From a virus, in the UHGV virus genome UHGV-1367341: a stretch of DNA of 54,338 nt; one strand, written 5' to 3'. The notes beneath the pieces were generated by a model, which was not told where the DNA came from, ran no database searches, and saw only the letters and a list, made by a program, of their open reading frames with translations. Position 1 is the stretch's first letter. The number at the start of each line of letters is the position of its first letter. Positions 15,527-25,700 of this stretch are shown piece after piece. The position numbers and the translations under genes were made by a program.

Positions 15527-15775
15527 ATGCCCAAAGAGGAGAACCAAAGTGTAGCGTCATACATCCTACTAATCGCAATACTTCTGTGCCTGCTTGTTCA
15601 GACCATGCAGACGCACCGAACGGCAAGTGAGGTGCACAAGCTACGCACCAAGATAGACACCCTCATTGAAGAGGGGGCGTTTGATGGACATGAATGCAAT
15701 GACTACTCCAGCGAGCTCAATGAAATCAATGGGACGCTTGATGATATCCTGAGCGCTGTGAATAACATTTGGTAG
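15527..15775 (+). CDS. small membrane protein (82 aa)
   Basis: One TM helix SYILLIAILLCLLV followed by a coiled/charged tail. Confidence 0.4.
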   Translation: MPKEENQSVASYILLIAILLCLLVQTMQTHRTASEVHKLRTKIDTLIEEGAFDGHECNDYSSELNEINGTLDDILSAVNNIW

Positions 15776-15831
15776 GCAGCCTCAACTCTTTCCGAACTGG
15801 AAATAGTTGCTCTGCATCAGCATAGCAGTCG

Positions 15832-17187
15832 TTGCATAATCTGCAACAACTCACAACCACGCACAACATGCTACCTATACGTCGCACCTGCCGCTTCCTT
15901 CTTGATCCACAAAAGGGGTGGACGGCATACAAGATACGCTACCGCATCCGCTACGGAGGGTACATTACCACCGTGGCCGTGGGTCATCGCGCAGAGCCCA
16001 GCAAATGGAGTGCAGAGTCCGAACGCTGTATGAAGAATACCAGCCACGGGGAGAAGCGCACACCAGCCGCTGCAATCAATCGCGCTATCCAATACGTCGA
16101 GGAGTCAATGGAGCGAGCCTTTACCTACTTCGAAGGAGAGGAGCGACTACCAAGCCCCGAGGAACTCAAAGCCAAGTATAACGAGTACCTGCAGTCAGCT
16201 CTCGGCATCGAGGAGGCCAAGGCGCAGGCAATACTCCCCGAGGACAACAGCACTATCGTAGCAGTCTTTGACGCCTTCGTCGCATCGGAGAGCGTGAGAC
16301 GTAGCTGGAGCGAGAGGCACAATGCGAACATACGCACGGCACGTATGCACGTATCTGAGTATGCAGGTAAGGACACCCTGGACCACATCAGTAGCGAGTG
16401 GGTAGCAGGCCTTATCACCTACCTCACCACGAAGCGAGGACTCCTCAACACATCAATAGACAAGACGCTGCGCATACTAAAGAGTCTACTCTACTGGGCA
16501 CAAGGCCAGGGGATATATGAAAAGGATTACCGACGCTTCTTCGACGTACGCCTCAAGGGTATCGACGCAAACAGAGCCGAAGTATATCTCACCTGGGAAG
16601 AGCTGAGCAGTCTTGTCTCCGTGGATCTCAGATTACATTCAGAGCGAGTAGCCCGCGATCTCTTCTGCTTCCTCTGCTTTACAGGGCTTCGATACTCCGA
16701 CCTCAAGAAGCTCACACACGAGAGTATCACGCCCACCAGCATACGTTACTTTGCACAGAAGACCGACCAGCTCATCGAGGTAAACCTCAATGACCACGCC
16801 CGCGCTATCCTCGCAAAGTACGAAGGAGGGGATACCCCACTACCGCCAATGGCGGAGCAGCGACTCAACAGAACGCTCAAGAGCGTCTGCGAGCAGGCAG
16901 GTATCAACGCGCCCGTCACACGACTACGATACTCAGGACGCCACCGCATCGAGGAGACGCTGAAAAAGTATGAGGTCATAACATCACACGTCGGCCGCCA
17001 TACCTTCGTGGTGCAGGCCCTCACACTCGGCATCCCCTCTGAGGTTATCAGGAAGTACACGGGCCACAAGACCGAAGCAACTATGCGCCCGTACATCGCA
17101 ATAGCCGATACCCTCAAGGCTCAAGAAATGGAAAAGTTCAATCGTCCCCTGCTCGAGAAAAAGAGGACGAATAGAGGACGATTTTAG
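15832..17187 (+). CDS. tyrosine-type site-specific integrase
   Basis: Catalytic motifs in order: GLRYSDL (Arg), HVGRHTF (His-x-x-Arg), YTGHKTEATMRPYIAI (His ... Tyr). Bacteroidetes-style N-terminal arm-binding region. True start may be ATG 15868. Confidence 0.85.
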   Translation: MHNLQQLTTTHNMLPIRRTCRFLLDPQKGWTAYKIRYRIRYGGYITTVAVGHRAEPSKWSAESERCMKNTSHGEKRTPAAAINRAIQYVEESMERAFTYFEGEERLPSPEELKAKYNEYLQSALGIEEAKAQAILPEDNSTIVAVFDAFVASESVRRSWSERHNANIRTARMHVSEYAGKDTLDHISSEWVAGLITYLTTKRGLLNTSIDKTLRILKSLLYWAQGQGIYEKDYRRFFDVRLKGIDANRAEVYLTWEELSSLVSVDLRLHSERVARDLFCFLCFTGLRYSDLKKLTHESITPTSIRYFAQKTDQLIEVNLNDHARAILAKYEGGDTPLPPMAEQRLNRTLKSVCEQAGINAPVTRLRYSGRHRIEETLKKYEVITSHVGRHTFVVQALTLGIPSEVIRKYTGHKTEATMRPYIAIADTLKAQEMEKFNRPLLEKKRTNRGRF

Positions 17188-17560
17188 TAGCGTTATATTG
17201 CTTTCTATTGTTTCCTATTATCTCGAGCCCACTACGAAAGCCCGCTCCACAAGCGCAATAGAGGATAATAGAGGGTAATAGAGAGTGATTATTGATACTC
17301 CCACTCTGGGTACAACTATGCTTTGCAATTCATTGAATTACAGGCATATACAAGACGAAGGATTAAGCAGGGGACGATTTAGGGGACGATTTTATACCCG
17401 CCTTCTAAATTAGATAGGTTTACATTTGGGCTGAGAAATGTCCAAGGCGTGTCCAAGATAAAACCATTTTCGTGACCTCACGGAATGGTACGGAGACGCA
17501 AGAAGGTGAGAAAGAGAGCTTTGCAAATGTCCAAAGCGAATGCCCCAAAACTTCATCTAC
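17188..17560. promoter_or_regulatory. candidate attP region with arm-type direct repeats and a core-like palindrome
   Basis: Tandem AATAGAGRRT x3 at 17257..17286 plus ATAGAGGA at 17171. GGACGATTT(T)A x3 (17174..17187, 17371..17382, 17383..17396). (A/G)TGTCCAA x3 (17437..17459, 17527..17534). Palindrome CGTGA-CC-TCACG at 17471..17482. Perfect palindrome TTTGCAAA at 17520..17527. Confidence 0.4.
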
Positions 17561-17644
17561 CTTTGTAGACAAGAAAGCCAAGCAGCTTTTTCTTTACAAC
17601 CACCAGTTTAGAGCGGGGAGGCCCACAGCTTCCTCGCTCTTCTT

Positions 17645-17929
17645 TTATGCCATCTCCTCAGCGAGCTTCGTGAGGTCGTCCTCGACGGATGTGCTGTTCA
17701 CATTCGCGGTGAGGTCTACCTGGGTGCTCTGCATCTTCGGCAGGACGAAGCCCATGAGCTTAACCATGACGTCGAGGCGGTCCTTCGGTGGCAGTGCATC
17801 GAGGTCCTCCTTCATCAATCCGCTCTCTTGATACTTGTCAATCACATTAACTATAAGCTCTCGGCTTAGCTTCGTCGTCTTGTTCACTGAGCCAGGCTTT
17901 CGCCCGCCCGTCTTTCTTCCCTTTGCCAT
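17645..17929 (-). CDS. small basic DNA-binding-like protein (MAKGRKTGGRKPGSVNKTT...). Possibly TerS-like or Xis-like
   Basis: Lys/Arg-rich N-terminus followed by a helical segment is typical of small terminase and excisionase-like N-termini. Lone minus-strand gene next to attP. Confidence 0.4.
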   Translation of the reverse strand: MAKGRKTGGRKPGSVNKTTKLSRELIVNVIDKYQESGLMKEDLDALPPKDRLDVMVKLMGFVLPKMQSTQVDLTANVNSTSVEDDLTKLAEEMA

Positions 17930-18011
17930 GTTGCTTTACTCTATATGTCGTGTGCGCGCTAAGCTATCACATTATCTTGCACCACATATAACATATAGAG
18001 CAGAAACAGAT

Positions 18012-18530
18012 ATGCCATTACCAATCGCAAGCCTTGTCGGTGCAGGCATCGGAGCTATCGGGAGTATCTTCGGGGGCATCGCAGCAAGTAAAGCAGCCAA
18101 GCGCGCACGCCAGGGAGTCATGAGCAGCATGCGTGACAATCAGACCTGGTATGATCGAAGATACAATGAGGACGCCCTCCAGCGAGCCGACGCCCTCCGA
18201 ACTATGGAGCGCACCCGTGAGGCTATTGCCAAGCGTAACCAGCGTGCACAGGCAGTGCAGGCCGTCATGGGTGGCACTGAGGAGTCGGTGCAGGCGGAAC
18301 GCGAGGCGGGCAATGAGGCCCTCTCCAATGTAGCCAGCGCAATCGCAGCCGACGGAGCGAAGCGAAAGGACCTCATCGAGAGCCAGTACATCCAGCGTCG
18401 TGACGGCTTCCAGCAGCAGCTCAACCAAATCGAGAACAACCGAGCCCAGGGTATCACCCAGGCTATCGGAGGCGTAGCACAGGCAGGCGCAGGTATCGCC
18501 AGTGCCTTCGACCCACAAAGCAGTAAGTAA
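18012..18530 (+). CDS. glycine-zipper membrane-associated protein, first gene of the late operon
   Basis: MPLPIASLVGAGIGAIGSIFGGIAASKAAK (GxxxG repeats), then a helical Gln/Ala-rich region. Start taken at ATG 18012; the longer ORF from 17835 overlaps the opposite-strand gene. Confidence 0.45.
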   Translation: MPLPIASLVGAGIGAIGSIFGGIAASKAAKRARQGVMSSMRDNQTWYDRRYNEDALQRADALRTMERTREAIAKRNQRAQAVQAVMGGTEESVQAEREAGNEALSNVASAIAADGAKRKDLIESQYIQRRDGFQQQLNQIENNRAQGITQAIGGVAQAGAGIASAFDPQSSK

Positions 18531-18531
18531 T

Positions 18532-19752
18532 ATGGGAGTGCTCGACGATATTCGGAAGGGCACGGGGCGCGAGGTGTCACGCAAGGAGGACGCACCCGCC
18601 AATGTGCAGCAGGCGACCACCGCCTCTGCACCTTCACAGACACCCGCTGCCCCTACCCCTCCTGCCCCTCAGCCACAAGCCACAGCCACAGCCCCCGCGC
18701 CCAATCAGGGTGGCGGGGCTACAGCTATTAAGCGCATCCAGCAACTCGCACCTACTCCCGAGCTACCCCAGGTGCAACTCACCCAGGCGGACAAGGAGAA
18801 GGTCACACGCCCCACATCTTATGTGGAGATACTCCGACACCTCACTCCATTCACTCCTCCCACTGCCGAGGAGGTGGAGAAAGACCGACGACGCCAGCGT
18901 AGCCGTGAGGCTATCGCAGCAATAGGTGACGGGGTGCGAGCTATCAGCAACCTTGTTGCGACAGCTAACTATGCTCCCAATGCCTACAAGCCCACCGAGA
19001 CAATGCTCGGGAGTGTGCAGGACAGATACGAGAAACTGCGAGCCGCAAAAAAAGCGGATGCCGACGCCTATCTCCAAGCCTACATGAGAGCCAAGCAGCT
19101 CGACGATCATAACGACCAGGCAAGAGACGCACTGCAACTCCGACGTGAGCAGGCAGCACTCGACCACCAGCTCAAGCTCGCCAAGCAGTCGCAGGAATAT
19201 CAGAGGTGGGTGGCACAGCTCGGTGAGAAGGAAGCCGACCGCAAGCTCCGTCTACAGCTGGGTATGGCTGGCATCCAACAGCGAGCCAACGCACTCGAGG
19301 AGACCAAGCGACACAACCGCGCATCGGAAAGCGAGCAGAGACGACGCACGGGTATTATGGAGACACGTGCAGCCAATGCCGCAGGCGGTGGTGGCGGTGG
19401 CAGATCGGTATTCATCGACTTCGGTGACGACGAGGACGGGGAAGACCTGGGCGGTGTGGAGATCCCGAAGTCTGTACTGAACGATGCCAACATCGGACAG
19501 ATCTACAACCAGCTACCCGAGTCTGTACGCGCTCAGCATCGCACGAAGAGGGGCTTCGGGTCTAAGGCTACATATACCGAGCCAAAGGCAAAGGAAATGC
19601 TCAAGATCATCGGGCAGAACATCAACGACCCCAATGTGCAGAAAGCTATCACGCGATTGCAGAATGTACGGAAGAGCGAGCCTAAGCCAAAGCCAGCACC
19701 AGCACCCGCACCAGCGAAGCCAGCAGCTAAGAAGAAACTCAACTTAGAATAA
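18532..19752 (+). CDS. Pro/Ala-rich low-complexity protein (possible internal virion or scaffold-like protein)
   Basis: Long PAPTPPAPQPQ tracts, a poly-Gly run and a KPKPAPAPAPAKPAAKKK tail. Start at MGVLDD immediately after the upstream stop. Confidence 0.45.
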   Translation: MGVLDDIRKGTGREVSRKEDAPANVQQATTASAPSQTPAAPTPPAPQPQATATAPAPNQGGGATAIKRIQQLAPTPELPQVQLTQADKEKVTRPTSYVEILRHLTPFTPPTAEEVEKDRRRQRSREAIAAIGDGVRAISNLVATANYAPNAYKPTETMLGSVQDRYEKLRAAKKADADAYLQAYMRAKQLDDHNDQARDALQLRREQAALDHQLKLAKQSQEYQRWVAQLGEKEADRKLRLQLGMAGIQQRANALEETKRHNRASESEQRRRTGIMETRAANAAGGGGGGRSVFIDFGDDEDGEDLGGVEIPKSVLNDANIGQIYNQLPESVRAQHRTKRGFGSKATYTEPKAKEMLKIIGQNINDPNVQKAITRLQNVRKSEPKPKPAPAPAPAKPAAKKKLNLE

Positions 19753-19769
19753 CCAAACACCTGCCATTC

Positions 19770-22700
19770 ATGCCAAACGATAAGACGCAAAAGAACTTAT
19801 CGAGCCTCCACAACACGCTGGAGACCATGGGATATGAAGTACCCAACATCGACCAGTTCACAAAGTATATGCGCAAGGAGAAGAACCTGCGCACAGTGTA
19901 TGATGCAATAGCCTCTGATGGAGGGTACGAGCTTCCCGACTTCGACACCTTTAAGGCAAACATGGGGTGGATAAAGCCAACGCCAGCGGGAGTGCCTACA
20001 CCACTGAGACCAAAGGATCAGCTCGCACCAACTGGAAAGCCTGATGCGCCCGCTACTCCCTTTGGCTTTGACCTCTCCGCAAATCCCAAGAAGCCCTCGC
20101 ACGCACCTAAGGCGCGCCTGGGCTTCCCACGTCTCGACAAGAAGATGCGCCCTGTGCAGGAGGTGAACGACCCAAGTGTACCCCTGCTCAAGACCACACG
20201 AGACGTCGCACAAGATGAGAATGGCAACGTCGTAAACGTGGTACAGCCCGAGCTTGTCCCCGACTTCGACCCCAACAATGGCGGGGTGACCGCTCCCAAG
20301 GCTCTCTTGGACGTAACGACGGGTAAGACTATTCGCCCCACCGAGCTGAGCAAGGAGGAGGTAGACGGCTACAACGCTGGCAATATCGACGCGGTAAAAG
20401 ATCCCAAGCTGCGTCAGGCTTTGAAGGAGGCTAATGTCATCTACACACCTGACGTTGATATGGAGAAAGTCCACAGAGACCAGGTGCGCGACCTCGAGCA
20501 GGAAATCGATGCAGACCTAAAGACGGCTTACGATAGCTTCACAGACAAGGCAGCAGCCAAGGCGAAGGACACGCGTAACCTTATGCGCTTTGGTCTTGCC
20601 ACTGCTGGTGCGTCAATGGGTGGCGGAGCTACCACAATGGGTATGCACGCTAACCCACTTGCTGTGGAGAGCGACCCTGAGATCTACATGCTCAAGCTCG
20701 CAAAGCACAATATCCAAGACGCTAAGAACTACATCGCGGAAGCTGACCATAACGCGCAGGAGGGGACATTCTCCAAGTGGTTGGAAAGTAGCTTTGCTGG
20801 AGGTGCTGCCCGCGGCTTCGCACAAAAGCTCTTTGATACTCGCACATGGGATATGGGTATCGGTGATGCTGGTGAGGCGGCTTCTATCAAGGCTGCCGTA
20901 AACAAAGCGGACCTCGGGGAGAAGCTGACGCCAGCAGAAGATAAGCTGCTGCAATCCATGGTTACAAAGATGGCTGTCGAGGCATACTTCAATAGTCAAG
21001 TGGGTCATGGATATACAGCTGGGAGTGTGTCGGCATACTCAATCCCCTTCATGCTCGAAATGGCTGTCAATCCCGTATCTACATCGGGGAATGCTATCGG
21101 AGCAAAGCTTATGCGCTATGCTGTCCGTAAGTTCGGACTTAACGTAGCGGGAAAGGCTCTACGCAAGAAGGCCGTAAAGGCTGCCGTGAAGTATGGTATA
21201 GGAGGGCTGACGAGTGCAGCGGTATCATCCGCAGCTCTAACTGCAACGAGTGGTACTGCGCACGTGGCGGCAGACGCAACAAGCCGAAATACTGGAGAGC
21301 TGAAGTTCGACTACAAGGCAGACCCTGAAACGGGAGAATTGCGAGCTCAGTATAGCGGTCACGAAGAAGGTGACGACGCACTCACGGCAACGGGTAAGGC
21401 GTTCTTCATGCGCTTCATGGAAAACTTCAGCGAATACTCGGGCGAAGCCTTAGCACCTATCGCGGCAGGCGTTGCCAAGGGCGTCGGAGCTGGAGCAAAG
21501 GCCGCTGGTAAGGCAATCGCTTCTCACATGGGTAAGGCTGGGGCTAAGATCCTGGATGCTGGACGATGGGGGACAAAGGCCGCACGTGAGCTCATCGACA
21601 ACATCAGTGCGTCGGAGTTCGGCCGCACTATAACGGCACTCGAGAAGAAGGCGCACTATAATGGTAAGGTGCTGGAGTTCGCAGAAGAAAAGATCAGCGA
21701 CCTGGCGTCCGTGCTTATCGGGGATAAGGACCTATCCACCGACAAGGGCAAGGGCTTCTTCAACCTGGACGATAATATCGATACCTTCCTCGGGGTGTCA
21801 CTTACGGGTGGCGTGATCAGTGCCGCACAGACCGCAGGCTACTTTGCTGGCGGTGGTGCGCGTGGAATGGCCCGCTATCAGATCGGGCAGAGCGAGGGTG
21901 CAGTGTGGAGTACGCTCACCACGGATGAGCAACGCAAGGCGTGGGACGACGTGCGCAGACAGATCCTTCTCCAGGATGGTAAGGAGCAGGTAGACGCTGT
22001 GAAGTCCGCACTCACCAACCCCAACTTCAACGCAGAGCAGCGTCGCGCTATCCTCGACTACACTAAGTCGGTGCAGACCTACAAGGGTATGAGCGAGTAC
22101 CGACGCAAGCAGAGCGAGGATACCAACACAGACCCATTGCAGAACGAGCTGGCAGACTCTTACGATAAGGGCGCAGAGATGACCCAAGCCGAAGAGATGA
22201 GCCACGCACGCAGCTGGTATGAGTTCGCACAGCAGAAGGCGGCAGAGCGTCTCGGGGTAGATGCTGAGGCTCTCGATGAAATGGGAGCACCTGACCAACT
22301 CACGCTCGACCAGGTGGCACAGCTACGAGAGGAGCACAGCGAACAGGCAGTGCAGTCTTATGTGGACTACCTCAATGCACGTGCTACCTACGAGGGTATG
22401 ATCGGGAGTGTCTCCCAGGGCATACAGGCTGAGGCTGCACAAGCCGAGCAGGCAGTGCGCTCACAGCAGCACAAGGACGGAACGCTCCGTCGTGCCACTC
22501 TCCGTGGTACGGAAGGGCAGCACGTCGAAGTGCATATCAAGGATGGCGACCTTGTCATGGATGAGGAGGGCCGTATCGATACCGACAAGTCCAGTAAGGA
22601 CTTCATCGTTCGCGATAACGAGACGGGCGTCGTGCGCTTCGCCAGCATCGATGACATTATCAGTGCAGAGCAGCCCACGAGTGCCGACGACGCAGTGAGC

Positions 22701-25700
22701 GAAGCGGTCAATGCCGTCTACGAACGCAGAGAGAAGGAAGCGGCCGACGCTATCAACGGGACTATCACCCCGCAGGTAGGAGCAGTATACAATCTCCTCG
22801 ATGCTGATGGGAACCCCCAGCAGATCGCTATCCAACAGGTAGGCCAAGACGGCACACTCGACGTGGACTACTCGGGAGTGCCCCACAAGATGACTACCGA
22901 CGAACTGCAGGCCATGGCGGACAACACACGCGCCCGACAGATCGAGAATGAGCATGCAGCCCAGGTACAGCAGGCCAAGGCTGAGGAGAGAGAGGAACGC
23001 GAACAGGCAGGCCTCCCACGCTATGCACTCAATGATGAGCTGACCATTCGCACCCCCGAAGGTGAGGAGGTCACAGCCTACGTCACCAACGAGGAGGATG
23101 CCGACGGGAATATCGAGGTGTACTTTAATGAGCCCTTCGATGGGAAGAAGGTGCACCTCTTCACTAAGGACTACCTCGACGGGGTGGTAGTGGGTACACG
23201 CCTCAGCCCCGAAAGCAACGGGAACACGCAGGCCGTGGAAGCTCCAGCCACTCCAGCAGCACCAGCCTTAGCGCAGGTACAGCCCGCAGAGGAGGGAGCT
23301 ACAACAGAGGAGGAAGGGCCCGCACCAGCACCTACCCATGAGGAGGAAGTAGACGATGCGCCAGCTGACCCCAACGATGAGAGCCTCTCACCCGAGGAAG
23401 CATACGAAGCGGTGTTGCGTGCAACCAATGGTGACGTAGTCCTCGCTCTCGAAGTCATCGAGAGCACAATTGCCGACAAGGAGAAGGCACTTGCCAAGGC
23501 CAAGAAGGCCAAGCCACGAAGTGCCGACACTATCGAGGGTAAGATCCAGGCGCGCGAAGAAGTAGCTGCTGGTATCGAAGCCGCAGAGACCTCACTCGCA
23601 CATTGGCAGGCCGTCGCTGAAATCGCAGCCGAGCAGGTGCAGGAGGAAGTGGCAGAGGTAGCCGAGCCCGTCGCTGAGCAGACAGAGCAGGAGAGCGAAG
23701 AACCTACGGCCGAGCAAGAGCCCGCAGAGGAAGAGGCTGCCGAGGAGCAAGAGCCCGAGGCGGAGCAGGAGGAAGAAGCTATCCCCGCATCCGAGGACAC
23801 CGCACCTGAATGGGGTAAGGACAATCCAGCCGACGCACGCGCACGTGGGTACATTAAGGTAGAAGGCTTGCGAGTAGATCGTCAGGGGCAGCTCTCCGAC
23901 GCACTCATCGGCAAGGAGTCTGACGTGAAGTTCGCAACGAATGACACACAGCAGGCTCACTACGCTATCATCGAAGCCGAAAGCCTGCAGCCAAGCCACA
24001 TCAGAGGATACCAAAATCAGCTGCACTTTATTCCCGAGGCACAGCCAAAGGATCGAAGCGACGTTGTCAGCGAGCAGGCGGCAGTACGTATCGCAGCTAA
24101 TATCAATCCCGAGGAGATCACAACGAGTGCCACAGCTTACACGGGTGCTCCTACCATCAACGCGCGTGGCGAGGTGATCCAGGGGAATAGCCGTGCCGAC
24201 GCACTGCGTGCTGTGTGGGAGTCGTTCCGTGATACGAGCGGAGCGAAGTACAAGCAGTACCTCATCGAGAATGCAGAGGCCCTCGGTATTGACCCCGAAG
24301 CTATCGAGGGGATGAAGTCCCCCGTGCTGGTGCACCTTGCCGACGTCAGCGACGAGCGAGCCATCGAGCTGGGGCAGTACCGACAGGCCGACATCGAGAG
24401 CGGTGGCGTCGAACGTATCAACCCACAAACACTCTATGCTAAGATCGGGGAGAAGCGTGATACCTTCATTCGCTTCCTACTGGGGACAAGCGACGACGAC
24501 CTCAGCCTTGCCGAGTCCATCACACGCAATGCGGCTGAGACACTGAGCTGGCTCAACCGCCAGGGCTTTATCTCTGACACGCAATTCCGTAGTGCCTTCG
24601 GTGCTAAGGGTGAGATCACGGCAGAAGCTAAGGAGGACCTCCGTAATGCTTTGTACCGCTCCTTCTTCGAGGGCGCGCACAACAGCCTGGAGGCAGAGTT
24701 CTACAACCTGCCCAAGCGCACCCAGCAGGCACTACTCCGCGTCTCATATCGCGACCAGCAGAGCCCAGCAGATGCGCACTTCCTCGATGAACTTCAAGCA
24801 TCGGTAAGTGCATACAACGCCCTCATGGGGTACACTCCATTCGCTGAGGCTAAGACCTTCGAGGATGCAGAGCGTGCTATCGAAACGTGGATGCGCTTCT
24901 CGGGTGACCTCATTACGGGTGAGGTGAACTCCGAGCAGTATAGTAACTTTGCTGTACAGCTCGCACTCCGCTATAAGTTCCTAACGCAGAAGGAGCTTAT
25001 CTCAAAGCTCAATGCGGTGTACGACGCAGTGCAGGCCGTCTCCGAGGACACCCTCTTCGGAGAAGGCGAGGTAAATCCTAAGACGCTTGCCGAGGCGGTG
25101 AGCGAAGTGTTCAGCATAAATATCGACAACAATACAGAAGAAGATGGAAGTACTGGAAGCAGCTCTCCTGGCAGCGACCTTGAAGGGAGCAATGGCGGGG
25201 AACAAGAAGGACAAGGAACACCTGGCGGCAATGAACAAGATCAGAGCCGAGCAGGGACGCCCGAGCGTAGAGGAAGAGCTGCAAGCGATCCTCAAGAAGG
25301 GGAAGGAGTAACCACCGAAGCAGAAGAAGTAGCCCCCGAAGCGGGGGACACCCAGGCGAGTGATGCGACTGGGGAGGGCTATCGTTTGTCTGCTATTGCG
25401 GCTAAGCGAGGAGGAAACTTCTTTGAGAATAGTGAGGGAAGTATCGACTTAGTCAAGATCTCGGACAATGTGTTTGAAGCTATTGGTATCAAGCCATTGC
25501 CAATGAGAATGACCGAGGCGATGGCTCAGCATATCATTAAGCAACATGCAAAGGAGCTGGGTATATCAACGCAAGAGGAGGCAGTCGCCTTTGTTGTTGG
25601 TATCATGCAGCACTTCGACCACGTACGAGAAGGGAACAAACCCAACACCTACATCTTCTCCATAGAGAAGGGTCGTAGCCGTACGGGAAAGAGAGCGGTT

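Noticed and set aside
15832-17187. Integrase as evidence for a prophage end with host flank
   Set aside because: The sequence beyond int (17645 onward) is phage structural DNA, not host. The integrase is therefore internal, and the window is better explained as a circular genome.
17835-18011. Long version of ORF 17835..18530 overlapping the opposite-strand gene 17645..17929
   Set aside because: An internal ATG at 18012 gives a protein starting with a clean glycine-zipper TM segment and removes the 95-nt antisense overlap. The upstream extension translates to implausible sequence.
18018-18643. Minus-strand ORFs 18018..18620 and 18140..18643 (Cys/Ala/Ser-rich)
   Set aside because: Antisense to the 18012..18530 and 18532..19752 genes. 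Low-complexity products.
19797-24428. Numerous 60-280-aa ORFs antisense to, or out of frame within, the giant gene (for example 19797..20474, 22461..23156, 23171..23854, 23592..24428)
   Set aside because: All lie entirely inside the 13.7-kb ORF. They translate to Ser/Ala/Cys/Arg-rich low-complexity strings typical of antisense frames in GC-rich coding DNA, and have no start context.
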